From contig NC_058368.1 in assembly GCF_018350175.1 (NCBI RefSeq), forward strand, positions 37,326,001 to 37,390,000: DNA of 64,000 bases. Reading direction: 5' to 3'. Below the pieces are notes generated by a model, which was not told the DNA's origin, ran no database searches, and saw only the letters and a program-made list of their open reading frames with translations. Both the position numbers and the translations under genes were made by a program. This document shows positions 51,146 through 64,000 of this stretch, one piece after another; position 1 is the first letter of the stretch; every line of letters begins with the position of its first letter. The DNA is from Felis catus (taxonomy: Eukaryota).

Positions 51146-51997
51146 ATGCCCCTCTGTACCAGAATAAATTGAGAGTTGATAATGCCCAAAGCCAGAAAGT
51201 AATCAAATGGAAATTAATTAGAGAATGAAATCAAGATTGAAAGAGAGGTCATTAGCTTTAGTAGTTAGTAAGAGCAAGTTTGGTGTATTAGTAGGAATCA
51301 ATTAAACCTTGGGGAATTCATGGAAAAATATTTTTTAAAACGTAACTTGGATGTAAGAAGGTTACCAAGGAACTTATAAGACAAAGATGATAGGCAGCAA
51401 TGATGTCTATAGTTAGAGAAACTGAACAGTAATGGACAAGTTACTTAATAGTGTCAGTTTTCTCCCCTCTGAAATGTAAACAATCCTCAATTTGTTTTGG
51501 ATGGATAAATTGAGCAACATACATACAATCTGTCAGTATGAGCAGTGGATAATAGAAGTTGAGAAGGGTAGAAACCAGACTGCAGTATGCCAGGGAGCAG
51601 ATGGGAATACGGTAGTGGAGATAATGAATGTAGAGTATTTTGTAGCGTTTGACAGTGAAAAGAATTGCACCAGAGATGTAGTTGAACAGGATAATGGAAT
51701 TACAGGAGGAAGGGTCTCTAGAATAGAGAGAGAGAGAAATTGAAGATGGCAAAGCGGATGGTTCAGTGCCTGACAGGAGGTGGATACCATAGAGTTGAAT
51801 CATATGCCTGCAAAAGATTGCATTTGAGTGAACCCCCGATTATTTGTCTCTCTCCCTTCTTTTTAACCCCTTTGACTAATGGGTATTGGGTTATCTTGCA
51901 GTGGAAATTATATTAGACAAATTGTCAGTATATCTGAGGCAGAGTCTCCTCCTTGGGCCACTAACCAGCAGAGTGACTTTGGGCAAGTCTCAGTGTC

Positions 51998-52313
51998 TGC
52001 TATGGACTGAATGTGTCTCCTCCAAGTTCATATGTTGTAGAGTGTGGGGAGGATTTAAGTGGTAATTAGGGTTGGATTAGGCCATGAGAGTGGGGTCCTC
52101 ATGATGGGATCGGTGCCCTTATAAAAAGAAGAGGAGACACAGGATCTCCCAAGGTGTGTGCACACCAACGAAAGGCCATGCAAAGGGAAACTGACCATGT
52201 AGGTACCTTAATCATCTTCCAGCCTCCAGAACCATGAGAAAATATTTTTTGTTGTTGTTTAATCCACTTAGTCCATATGGTGTTTCATTATAGCAGCTTA
52301 AACTGACTGAAAC
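51998..52313 (+). mobile_element. MaLR solo LTR (MLT1A/B-like)
   Basis: Starts tgctatggactgaatgtgtc; cttccagcctccagaaccatgagaa; ends ttatagcagcttaaactgactgaaac. Confidence 0.85.
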
Positions 52314-52684
52314 GGTATTCCAGGACTTACTTGGTTTACCCATTTGTATAATGAGGCCATTGGACTGAGAATCCTTGTAATCCTTTCCTGTTATTCCAAT
52401 TCGAGTTCTGACAGTGTCTAAAATAGGTTCTTCTTGAATTTGGTACTTTTCATCTTTTCCTTTGTTCTTAACCCAACACTAATCCCTAAACTTTTGGGGG
52501 GAAAATCACAGAAGGTAGTGCAAGAATGTGTGAGTGGTTAGGGAGGGAAACTTTCAGTAGTGTGCCTAGGTAAGCCCAGATGTGTACGTATTAATTATGT
52601 ACATATTAGGATCAGAGATCTCACTCTTGGTTTTTCTCTCTCCTTCTCTCTCTCTCCCACCCTCTTTCTTTCTTTCCTTTATTT

Positions 52685-53114
52685 TGTTAAAATAAAAAAC
52701 AAATGAAGGCCAGCCTTGAAAATTCCCTGAGCAGACAAAACCAATTTAGTCATACAAACAAAGCTTAGGTTAGCTTATTTACCAAGACTAACCAAAATTA
52801 CCAAGACCTGGGTAATTTTTTTTTGCTTGTGCCTCTGGAAATCATCAGCAAAACTTGAACTCTTGTCCCAAATTGATATGAGGTAACCACTAATCAATTC
52901 CCTTTCATGTAAGAAAATTCTAATATTATATCCAATCACTGGAAGAATAAACGGTCACTGCTTTCTCACTATATACACTGCTTTATAACAATATGCCCCT
53001 GGGCCTCATTTCATGTTTTAGTTTGAGGGCTCCTGGTTTACAAACTGTCTTTCTGGTGTGTGCACAGTGAACTTTTACTAATTATTACTTCAGTAATTCA
53101 TTGGTTTTACTTCA
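52685..53114 (+). mobile_element. ERV1-like solo LTR (start uncertain: 52685 or 52704)
   Basis: TG...CA ends, CCAAT box (ccaatca ~52932), TATA-like ctatata ~52970; no clean TSD found. Confidence 0.5.
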
Positions 53115-54994
53115 TCTATTTTTAACTTTTGACACTTTCTTTTCATTCCTTTCTTTCTTCCTTTTTCCCTCCCCTCCCTCCTTTGAAAATGAAATTAGTA
53201 AATAGAAAATGTAGCTCCTTATATGCTGTGTATTCAGATAAGATAGCTGAACCATTTTATGGATGAAACATTTTAGATAATTTTGCTTATAGATGTTAAA
53301 TGTTGATTTACTCATGAATATTTATTTTAAAATGTGTCCATTTTTTTCCAAAGAACAGAATAGGAATTCTATAGCACATATATGTGTGTATTTTCTTCAC
53401 AAGTCATTTGGAAAATTTGAAGGTCAACATCTTACATGGTTTGATAGACCCTTTCCAGCTCTAATTTTATGGTTATTGCCCATTCCTATAAGTGGACATT
53501 CACATACCTTATTCTCACATCCCATACAGACCTTCACACATATTCAGTCACACATACACATGCACACACACACACACACTCCCCCAAAACACCCATGTGC
53601 ACATATACCCACATTTCTGCCAATATGTAATAATAAGGATAAGCTGTAATAAAAAATGTTTAACAAAATTATATCTATGACATTTCCAGAAAATACTGTA
53701 AACCAAATGTTTTCATACATTTTGATTTGGGGAAGAACTTTAAAGATACACTTTTTTTTTTTAAAGAAAAAAGTTGAAATCTCAATACATTTTAGATCTT
53801 TGATCCCATTAGCTTTTTCCCCAATTATTTCTTAGGAATAAGATTCTTAGGAATCTTAACATAATAATGATTTCTGTATTGTGTTGGAGAAAAACGAGGT
53901 CTATGATACAATGCTAATATGATACAGCTGAAATGCTTAATACCATAAGTCTTTCCTACCATTTCTTATCACATTAACACAGGGACGGCATTCCTCTCCT
54001 GGCCAGCTTAGTCTCCCCATTGCCTACAACTATTGGAGATTCATGAATATTTAAAAGTTGTAAAAAAGCTCTTGTTGACTCTGTTCTATGGCTTAACAGC
54101 TGAGGTTGGCTTTCTTTTTTCTTCCAGAAGTTGGATTCTCTCAAGGAAGATTCTATCACCTGCAGCGGAGCACAGCACCTGAGAGAAAGGAGTAGGCCTT
54201 GCCAGAAACTTCTCAGAACACAGGAATGAAGACTCTGATATCCTGCTGTGTCATCCAGCTGACTACACAGGACCAATGGGCTACAGACAGCACATCTACC
54301 ATGTTGGCAGCAAAAGGAGAGGTATGTATGTCCGTAGAGTTTTCTATTTCTTCATTGCCAATCTTCTTGCTGACTTTCTTGCAGTTGTGGAGGTAGCAAT
54401 CTGACAGTTTACTATCGATCCCCTTTAAGCTGATAGTTTTGCATAAGTACTTTGCATGGCATTAAGCCATTTCATGTATTTGACTGTGTAATTCTGTATT
54501 ATACCTGCTTCTTTCTCAATGAAAGAAAAAAAAAAGGCAGTGAATAAATCTCTATTCCCTTGTGACTTCTGATTTGTAAGTTTTTCTTTTTGCAAAGTAG
54601 ATAGGGAAGACATTCATTCAATACGTGCTGATAGTCATCTAGAAATAGATGTCTAATTTATTAAAAAATATACTTTCTTTTGAGTATTCTCTTTTAGTTT
54701 TAGTATGACTTAGATAAAGTTACTGTGTATTAGGTGTAGGTGAATGGTCATTCAATCAATTCACATTTATTCATTGTTCAGAGACTTCGGACACTGTCCT
54801 AAGAACTGAGCACAGTAAAATGAATGTACTTAAACTTGATTAATTTTTAGATCATTTTTGGAAATAGAATCGACCTTACTCAAAGAAAAATTTGGTATCA
54901 ACTTTGATATAACGTTTCCTTATAATTTTCACAGCTTTAATCTTTAGCCCGTCTACACTTAGGAGTGAAGACAAGCAGAAATTACTTTAACTTC

Positions 54995-55168
54995 TTTTTT
55001 AAAAATTTTTTTAATTTTGTGTATTTATTTTTGGGACAGAAAATCCCAAGCAGGTTCCGCATTGTCAACATGGAGCCTGATACGGGGCTCAAACTCACAA
55101 ACTGTGAGATCATGACCTGAGCCAAAACCAAGAGTTGGACACAACTGACTGAGCCACCCTGGTGCCCC
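54995..55168 (-). mobile_element. Can-SINE (first of tandem pair)
   Basis: Head gagccaccctggtgcccc; taacttcttttttaaaaa on both flanks. Confidence 0.88.
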
Positions 55169-55184
55169 TAACTTCTTTTTTTAA

Positions 55185-55390
55185 AAAAATAAAGTTTATT
55201 TATTTATTTTTGAGAGAAGGAGAGCAAGAGCAAGAGCCAGTGAGGGAGGGGCAGAGAGGGAAGGAGAGAGACAGAATCCCAAGCAGGATCCATACCTGCA
55301 CAGGGCTCAAACCCATGAACTGTGAGACCATGACCTGCGCTGAAAAATCAAGAGTCAGATGCTTAATCTACTGAGCCATCTGGGTGCTCA
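55185..55390 (-). mobile_element. Can-SINE (second of tandem pair)
   Basis: Head ctgagccatctgggtgctc; outer repeat agaatt..taacttct. Confidence 0.88.
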
Positions 55391-55681
55391 AGAATTGCCT
55401 TAACTTCTGACTTTAGTTATTATGAGCCAACAGTAATTTAATATTTATTATCTGATATTAAAATATATGATTATGAATGACTATAAGTGTCCACAAAATT
55501 CCCAATCAAGTTGACTTAAACATTTATGACACTTATGCCATATGACAGAAGGCCTAAATATAAGGTGAATTCTAGACATGGCATCATTCGGGCTCTTGTT
55601 CCATTCCTCCTGTATTTTCTTCTCTGTACTCTTTTCCTTACATCAATGTTTTTGTCCCCAGGCTGGCAAACCTCATGATTA

Positions 55682-56592
55682 TGTCAAAGTAAAATTTTCA
55701 CTAGACAAAGCCAGACATTGAAGATCTTATTCAAAGCTACTGGATGGCCCCAGAAGGTGTAATGCTAAGGGAAATAAGTCAGAAAAAAGATAGATACCAC
55801 ATGATATCATTCCTATATGGAATTTAAGAAATAAAACAAACAAACAAAGCAAAAAGAGACAAACAAATGAACAAAACCCCAGACTCTTAAATGCAGAGAA
55901 CACAGTGGTAGTTTCCAGAGGGGAAGCTGGAGACAGGGATGGGTGAAATAGATAAAGGAGATTTAGAGTACATTTATCATGATGAGCACTGAATAATGTA
56001 GAGAATTGTTGAATCATTATATTGTACACCTGAAACTCATATAAAACTGTATGTTAATTATACTTCAATAAGTAATAATACTAAATTATAAATAATAATA
56101 AATAATATTGCAGTAGGGGAGAGAGGTCAGAACTGAGTCTAAACTCAAGTATGGTGAAAGGCAGAGGATTTTTAAGAGCTAGGGTGGGGTGTATCATAGC
56201 CCATCTGTGTTTGCTAATTGGCTTTACCTAAAGGAAAACTAAGCTATCTCATACCTCCATGACAGGAAGTAGTTTCAGAACTTGGAGCAAAGGGACTTGC
56301 AGAAGGTAGGCTCCTACTCTCCCATGGGATTGGGAGGGAGGGGCTCCATCCTCCTTCCTGATTACATTTCAAGGAGATGGCTTTAAGTCTTTGAGAAAGA
56401 CAGTCCTGGTTTGTAAAACTGCCAAGAGTCTTTTTAAAAGATTTATATCTCAAAAGGGCAGAGAAAAGATTTATAATTACAAGTTTTCTAAAGTAAATCT
56501 CATGGATAAGGAAAGCCAGGGGTTGCTGAGTCAGGGAGAAGCCTGTCTAAAGTTTAGTTAGGCCTAGGGGACTGTGAAGCCTGTCTTGTTCA
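55682..56592 (-). mobile_element. ERV1 solo LTR (MER39/MER34-like), interrupted by an L1
   Basis: Minus strand starts TGAACAAGACAGGC...CTAAACTTTAGACAGGCTTCT and ends ...TTTTACTTTGACA; flanks atta/gtta (4-bp TSD, one mismatch). Confidence 0.65.
55745..56108 (+). mobile_element. Carnivore L1 3' end nested in the LTR
   Basis: atgctaagggaaataagtcaga...gatgagcactgaataatgtagagaattgttgaatca...ttatacttcaataa, (AAT)n tail. Confidence 0.88.
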
Positions 56593-57019
56593 GTTATATC
56601 ATGGTTTTCAGTAGCAATTAAAGCAGTCTGTTTCTTTAAGGTTAGTTGGAGAGAGAAGAAAATCTATCTTCCAACTATGGACTATAAATTCTTCTTCATG
56701 GTGTGGTTAGTAAACTCAGTGCACATGCTCCCTCCTAAAGAGCAGTAATGATGAACAGGAGAATGTCATCTGGTGATTGGCCTAAGCCTGGACTTCTGAG
56801 TGAAATAGGGATTCCCTTAGAAATCCTATTTCCATTAGAAATAGGGATTTTATCATTGGCTCACACTCACCAAGGAGTTGGCAATGGAGAGACTAAGTTT
56901 GAGATAAGTTTGGGTTCTGTTGAAAAAAAGAAAGGAGAAATCGATCCTGGGTGGGCAAGAACCATTGCCACTACGTCTTATTTTAAAGATTGTCTTCATT
57001 TAAGTGTGTGTTTTGCTTG

Positions 57020-57197
57020 AGGGAGGGGTATGGGTAGCTGTTGTTTAGTGGATATAGAGTTTCAGTTTTACAAAATGAGAGAGTTCTAAAGATTGTACCG
57101 CATTGTTAATATACTTAACACTATTTAACTGTATACGTAGAAGTGATTAAGATTGTACATTTTATGGCCATGCATTTTAATATAATCAAAAATTGAA
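57020..57197 (+). mobile_element. Old L1 3' end (L1MB/ME-like)
   Basis: gatatagagtttcagttttacaaaatgagagagttcta...aatatacttaacacta...aactgta. Confidence 0.7.
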
Positions 57198-57296
57198 AAT
57201 ATGTATCTATTCATGAAAATATTGGAGTAATTGAGGATAATTTAAATAAGTCAACTATTTTTATTTTCTAATCATTGTGAAATTTTGTTAGATTTT

Positions 57297-57524
57297 CTAA
57301 TTTTATTTATTTTGAGAGAGAGTGCATGTGCATGTGTGCATGCACACGCATGAGCAAGCAGAGGAGGGACAGAGGGAGAGAGAGAGAAAGAGAGAATCCC
57401 AAGCAGGCTCTGTACTGTCAGTACAGAGCCCTATGTGAGGCTTGATCTCATGGACTGTGAGATCTGAGACCTGAGCTGAAATCAAGAGTCAGATGCCTAA
57501 CTGACTGAGTCACTCAGGTGCCCC
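57297..57524 (-). mobile_element. Can-SINE
   Basis: Head gactgagtcactcaggtgcccc. Confidence 0.9.
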
Positions 57525-58979
57525 ATGTTTTTAATTCTTATGTATATATTTTGTTCTTAAGGATATTTTAATTTTAATTTTTGTCTCATAATAATATGAA
57601 TCAGGAAAAACACTGCAACATTGAACATGATTTACTCTTCTCTGAAAATATTTATCATATTAGCCTGTTAAAGATGTTGGAGTTAATTAGTTTATCTTCA
57701 TTACAAAAGGCAGAAAAATAAATGCGGGAATATAAGACATTTTCAACCCACAAATCATTTAGAAAACTGTAAACTTACTCCTTCTACACATCTAAAACTG
57801 CCCAATGTATTGTCTCCCCTACAAGAATACATACAACTTTTAGCTGTCCTATAAGGAAGTGAGTGGCTTTTGCTTCTGAAAATATAACATGGAAAAGCTT
57901 TGATTGTATTAAGAAAGTAATTTTAAAAGTTGGAAATAGATATAAAAATGGATATAGAAAGATACTTAAGACATAAAAATATCTTATAGATACATAATAT
58001 ATAATATTGCAGGACAAAGTTTCAAAAGTTAATGTCCCCTGAGAAAGTTATTTTGGAACAAAGTAAAGCATGCAACTTTCCTAATCATGATAAATCTTCT
58101 AAAATAAATGTGAAATACTTCTCCATTAAGATAAGATTTATGGGTTCTGTTTTATGAGTCATTAGGACATGAAAATGCTTCTTGAAATAAGAAGGACATA
58201 TGCCAGCTTGTAAAGAATTAATAAAATTGGATAATGACTATAATTGTTTACTTAAATTTTGTTTTTCTAAAATATAAACTTATAAGTTTACTAACTTTTA
58301 GATATAAATTTTATAAATTCATTCCAAGATTATTCAGAGTACTTATATGTCCCCTATAACTCCATTAAAGTAAGGGAAGCATAATTTACCAAAACAAGTT
58401 GGTTCTTGATAATTTAATTGGATGGTTTATTTCACAAACTCAACATTTACCTAACCAGTAAAGTAGAATGTTAAAAAGTGGAAGTAGAGTTATATATTAT
58501 TAAACCCCCTTAATTATCAACCTCAAACAACCATGTACTTTTGAATGTCTGAAACTCAGGGGATAGGAGGGGGAGGAGAGGAGAAATAGAACCCAAAGCC
58601 ACCTGGACAAGCTATTCTAAATCCATTTGATAAAATTGTGAAGTTATCTCATTCTCAATCTTTCAGAGTACTTTTTGTTTTCAGGGGAAACAACTATTTT
58701 AAGGAAGGGATTACATACCTGTAGGTATTACCAGTGTTTTTTTTTGTTTTTTTTTACAAATATAAAGTTTGCTATATAAAAAAGTTCAGGCATAATTTTC
58801 TATTTAGTTTGAGACCTAGTTATTAGCATTCATATTATGAATTTGTATATTTTGATAATTTTTAGAACTGAATTAATAGTGATTATTTGGGATCACTTAG
58901 CTGTTCTATGTGTAAAATTACTTATAAATGGGGAATTATTCACCATTTCTTGCCAATAGCATATTCTCATGTTTTACTT

Positions 58980-59003
58980 TATTTTTTTTAATGTTTACCT
59001 ATT

Positions 59004-59038
<35 letters not shown>

Positions 59039-59163
59039 CTAAAGCAGGCTCCAGACTCTGAGCTGTCAGCACAGAGTCTGATGTAGGCCTTGAACTCATG
59101 AACCTTGCGATCATGACCTGAGCTAAAGTCAGATGCTTAACCGACTGAGCCATCTAGGAGCCC
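58980..59163 (-). mobile_element. Can-SINE
   Basis: (GA)n, aagcaggctccagactctgagctgtc, head ccatctaggagccc; ttttacttta on both flanks. Confidence 0.9.
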
Positions 59164-59789
59164 TATTTTACTTTAAATAAAGCAGCAGCAATACAGTGTC
59201 ATCGGACAAGTACTACCAGGAGAGAAATAATAGAAAAAAAAAGTATGTGACATCAATGTTTTCTGTTTCTCTTTCTATAAAAAATTCTATAAAGTGTGTA
59301 GCCATTATTTAAAAAAGAAAAAAAGGAACATTAGAAAAGCAAATGAAATGCTAACAATATCACTATTAATCCAGCCAAACTTTAGGAAAAGAAAAGAATC
59401 CAGATATTTAAACCTAACACTACAAGCTGCCTTTAGCCTGTGGACATTTGCTTATATAGAACTGGGCAGTTTTTGGCAATATTCAAGGAAAAAGAAATAA
59501 AAGCCAAAACCAGGTTTTGCACAAGACAGAGTTTGATACCTTTCCCCACCTGAAGCTGAGACTTGATTGTTTACAATTTCATGGAAAAAGTAATTGGAAT
59601 TATCAGGACCTCATCAATAATTACAGTTCAGTGTTCTGGTACCTGAATGGTCCAGTAAACTTCACATGTATAATTGAACTCAATATTTCCTGGAAATATA
59701 TTGCCCATAGGATTCCAGATGAAGCTGGAATGAAATTGTTTCCTGGGAAGAAGATCTGCTAACCCTGACCTCAAATTATCCCGTAAATT

Positions 59790-61780
59790 AATTTTCACAC
59801 AGTGTTCAAGTTATAGCCTAAAATAACTAGACATACAATAAGACTTAATGAATAAAAATCAGTGAAAAACCTAAAAGAAACAACAGCACAAAAACTTGAG
59901 ACATTGAAATTATCAGACACAGGCTATAAAGTAACTGACTTTGAAAGACATGGGGGAAATCCTGGAAATTATTACAGAGAGCAAGAAAATTTTAAAATCA
60001 AATACTGATTTGGAAAATAATCAAATAGAAACTCTAAAAGTGAAAAACACAAAAATGAAAATGAAAAGCTACAGATTAAACACAACTATATGAAGGTTAT
60101 GAATCAGAATTATTGAAGAATACAGAGAAAAATTTGGAAAATACAAAATAGAAAATAAGAGAAGTTGAGAATACTAGGAAAATTATAATAATTACTCTCT
60201 TCTGTAATATGTGTTTACAATAGAATGAGAAAGTTTGATTGTTTTTAATTGAACCTGGAATACTATGCCCAATGAATTATATATTTCAAAATCACTTTCA
60301 AAATACATATTTTCAAACAAACATAAACATGCAGCTCACCACCCAGAGAACTACACTAAAGGAGATTATAAAGGACATGTGTAAGTGTAAGGGAAAGTGA
60401 TCTGAAGTGGAAGATTTGAGGGATAAGAAAGAATGAGGAGCCAAAGCAATGCAGTAAATATCTGGGGGCGGTGGCGGGGGTGGGGGGACAAATGAGCATT
60501 AATTGTATAACCCTACTAAACAGAGAAGAAAATAAAACCATTTTGGATTACAAAATAGAGAATTAAATACAGAAATAGTACATAAATGACAAAGAATAAA
60601 CCATTTCAGTACTTTAATATGATTACTTTAACAAGTAAAAGACCAAAGATTTTGATTGAAGTTACATTTGGTAAGTAGAGGATGCATGTTGAAATCCAAT
60701 GAACCAATACAAAAAACCTGATTTTCAAATCAACCTCCTACCCCTTATCAAGCTTTACAATTAATTTTAAGAATATAAGTGATAAAGAGGCTCTGCATAG
60801 CAGGGAGGGTATGGGCACTGAGGTAGCTGCCCAAGTCTTTCTTTCTCTGGAAAGATATCCAGTCTGTCGTCAAGCCAGGAAGTCATTTCTAAGTGAGGTA
60901 CATAAGTTATTACCTCACACAGCTGGGAGTGTTCATTCATGTCCATTTCATGTTCCCAGCTTACATAATGTATTTGTAGAGATAAATGCTTCATAAATTT
61001 ATGGATTCTAAAAGGCTTATTATTATAAGTAATCATTTAGACTGAGATTCCTATTTAAAACATTCCATTGATAAAGACTCACCTCCTAGAAAATATCGTT
61101 AATCTATTTACCTAGAATACCAGTAATCGTATTGATCAGGAAATTAGACCACGTTCACCTGCCTTGTTTTCTTTCCCCTGGGTATATCCTTCCTGTAATC
61201 TAGAAAAGAATGAATTAGAGGTTAGCTGTTTAACTCCTTTCTTTCCACTATAGTAAACCAATGAAAGAAGCAAAATATGTAAGTTTCACATTGGTAGAAA
61301 ATACAAAGTGGAATGGTAAGAAGATAATCCTTTAATACTACAGAAAGCAAAAACAGAAAAAACAGAGGACAAATAGAAGCATAAAATAAGATGATAGAAT
61401 TCAATGTAAATTTTGCAGCAATCATATTATATGTTAGTGTACAAGTATGTTTGCATTCAAAGATGATAATCATTTGATAAAAATAAAATCTAATCATAAC
61501 TGGTTTATGATAAACTTGAAATATAGTAATATAAAAAGTTTTAATGTAACACTTACATTCAGATAGACATGGAAATACCAAGCAAAAGAAAGCAATGTAA
61601 AGTATATGGATGACATTCAAAATATGCTGTATTGAAAAAAGCATTCTTAGAAATAAAAGTTACTTCAAAATGGTAAAAAAGCATTCAGTTCACCAAGGAA
61701 TTATGCTATTTTAACTCATGTCTCAATAATGTTCTTAAATTGTGCAAGGCAATTGAAATAAATCCATAATCATAGTGGCC
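59790..61780 (+). mobile_element. Highly decayed ancient L1 (ORF1 / start of ORF2 region), fragmented
   Basis: A-rich plus strand with L1-like motifs (gaaattatcagacac, aataatcaaatagaaactcta, attcagttcaccaagga). Confidence 0.55.
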
Positions 61781-61795
61781 GATTCTATCTATATA

Positions 61796-61822
61796 TTGAT
61801 TGATTGATTGATTGATTGATTG
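61796..61822. repeat. (GATT)n microsatellite
   Basis: Direct read. Confidence 0.9.
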
Positions 61823-61894
61823 TCATCCAAATCAAGCTGGGCATTCATTTGTTCAGCAAATAATTGTTCAGTGCCAGCTGTGTATCAATAACCA

Positions 61895-63240
61895 TTTTTT
61901 CCCCAGGTATAATTGACAAATACAATCATAATGTTTTATGAAGTGTACAATGTGATGATTTCATATGCATATACATTGTGAAATGATCACCCCAATCAAG
62001 CTAGTTAACGTATTCATCACCTTACATTATTATTTTGTGTATGTGTGGTGAAAACACTTAAGATTTATTCTCTTAGCAAATTTCAAATATATAATACATT
62101 TTTATTAACTCTAGCCACCACCTCTGCATTAGGTCTCCAGAACTTATTCTTTTTAAAACCTAAAAGTTTGTAACTTTTGGCCAACATCTCCCTTCCCCAC
62201 CGCCCCTGCCCCTGTCCCCCATTGCCACTGTTTGACATTCTGTTTCTCTGAATTCAACTTTTTTTTTAAAAAAACTAGATTTCCCATATAAGTGATACTA
62301 TACAGTATTTGCCTTTCACTGTCTGGTTTATTTCACTTGGCCTAATGCCCTCCAGATTAATCCCTGTTGTTGCATATGTCAAGATTTCCTTCTTTTTATT
62401 GGCTGGATAATGTTTACTTACCCACTGATCAACATTTAGGTTGTTTCCCATGTCTTGGTTGTGGTAAATAATGCTGCAGTGAATATAGAGGTGCAGTTAT
62501 TTTTTTCAATATAGTGACTTCATTTCCTTTAAAAAAATGTCTAGCAGTGGAATTTCAGATCATGTGGTGATCAATTTTTAATTGGTAGTTAGTTGTTTTT
62601 TTTTTTTTTTTGAGAAATCTCTATATTGTTTTCCATAGTGGATGTACCAATTTACATTCTTGTTCCCACCAACAGTACACAAGAGTTCCCTTTTCTCTAC
62701 ATCTTCACTGACATTTATTACCTCTTGCCTTTCAGATAATAGCCATTCTAACAGGTGTGACTTGCCTTTCCCCATGATCAGTGATGTTGACATCATTTCA
62801 TATACCTATTAGCCATTTGCAAGCCTTCTTTGGAAAATCATCTACTCAGGTCCTTTGCTCATTTTTAAAATAAATTTTATTTATTCATTTATTTATTTTG
62901 AGAGAGAGGGTATGTGTGAGCAGGGAAGAGGGGCAGAGGGAGAGAGAGAGAATCTTAAGCAGGCTCCACGCACTGTGCAGAGCCCAAATGACCATGAGAT
63001 CATGACCCAAGTAGAAATCAAGAGTCGGCCACTTAACTGACTGAGCCAACCAGGTGTCTGACTTTGCTCATTTTTTAATTGAGGTATTTAGGGTGGGTTT
63101 TTTTTGCCATTGAGTTGTAATAGTTTCTTATATATTTTAGATATTAACTCCTTATGAGAGATATGGTTTACAAATATTTTTCCCATTCTATAGGCTGTGT
63201 TTTCATTTTGTTGATGGTTTGCATAGCTGTGCAGGAGATT
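61895..63240 (-). mobile_element. L1MA-like 3' portion, same general family as 640-2680
   Basis: gtataattgacaaa...gtgtacaatgtgatgatt...ctcttagcaaatttcaaatatataatac...atagccattctaacaggtgtga. Confidence 0.88.
62870..63058 (-). mobile_element. Can-SINE nested in L1
   Basis: Flanks ctttgctcattttt. Confidence 0.9.
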
Positions 63241-63622
63241 TTTTTAATTTTATTTTTTATTTTTAAAATTTACATCCAAATTAGTTAGAATATAGTGAAA
63301 CAATGATTTCAGGAGTAGATTCCTTAATGCCCCTTACCCATTTAACCTATCCCCCCTCCTACAACCCCTCCAGCAATCCTCAGTTTGTTCTCCATATTTA
63401 TGAGTGTCTTCTGTTTTGTCCCCCTCGCTGTTTTTATATTATTTTTGTTTCCCTTCCCTTATGTTCATCTGTTTTGACTCTTAAAGTCCTCATATGAGTG
63501 AAGTCATATGATTTTTGTCTTTCTCTGACTGACTAATTTCACTTAGCATAATAGCCTCTATTTCCATCCACATAGTTGCAAATGGCAAGATTTCATTCTT
63601 TTTGATTGCCAAGTAATACCCC

Positions 63623-63674
<52 letters not shown>

Positions 63675-64000
63675 CACCACTTCTTCTTTATCCATTCATC
63701 CATTAATGGACATTTGGGTTCTTTCCATGCTTTGGCTATTGTTGATAGTGTTGCTATAAACATGGGGGTGCATGTGTCCCTTCGAAACAGCACACCTGTA
63801 TCCTGTGGATAAATGCCTAGTAGTGCAATTGCTGGGTCGTAGGGTAGTTCTATTTTTAGTTTTTTGAGGACCCTCCATACTGTTTTCCAGAGTGGCTACA
63901 CCAGCTTGCATTGCCACCACAGTGCAAAAGAGATCCTCTTTCTCCACATCCTCACTAACATCTGTTGTTGCCCGAGTTGTTAATGTTAGCCATTCTGACA
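63241..64000 (-). mobile_element. Younger carnivore/felid L1 3' end, continues past the window; (TG)n at 63625-63672
   Basis: T-rich tail, ORF2 C-terminal remnant (RDTCTPMFIATLSTIAKAWKEPKCP...). Confidence 0.92.

Noticed and set aside
61222..61644. 140-aa hydrophobic ORF
   Set aside because: Antisense of A-rich decayed L1; the Phe/Ile/Tyr bias is compositional.
1..64000. CRISPR arrays, operons or other prokaryote-type systems
   Set aside because: The sequence is mammalian; the repeated units are dispersed SINEs and microsatellites, not repeat-spacer arrays.

Overview
Mammalian genomic DNA, almost certainly from a felid (cat-type Can-SINEs and carnivore L1 3' ends). The only protein-coding gene I can support is protocadherin-20 (PCDH20) on the minus strand. 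It has two coding exons (31445-31576 and 27681-30407; 952 aa after splicing), a 1037-nt GT-AG intron, a CpG-island promoter and a ~1.6 kb 3'UTR. The rest is gene-desert sequence: about 24 Can-SINEs, L1/L2/MIR fragments, MaLR and ERV1-type solo LTRs, Tigger/MER5 DNA-transposon relics and microsatellites. I see no convincing new multi-gene system. The best unexplained signals are an exact 59-bp duplication 986 bp apart (43222 and 44208), hints of a plus-strand spliced transcript opposite PCDH20 (candidate exon 54128-54321 and a 19:5 SINE strand bias), a uORF/alternative-ATG arrangement at the PCDH20 start, and a cluster of perfect palindromic TF motifs upstream. Repeat subfamily names and human comparisons come from memory and need RepeatMasker or alignment confirmation.
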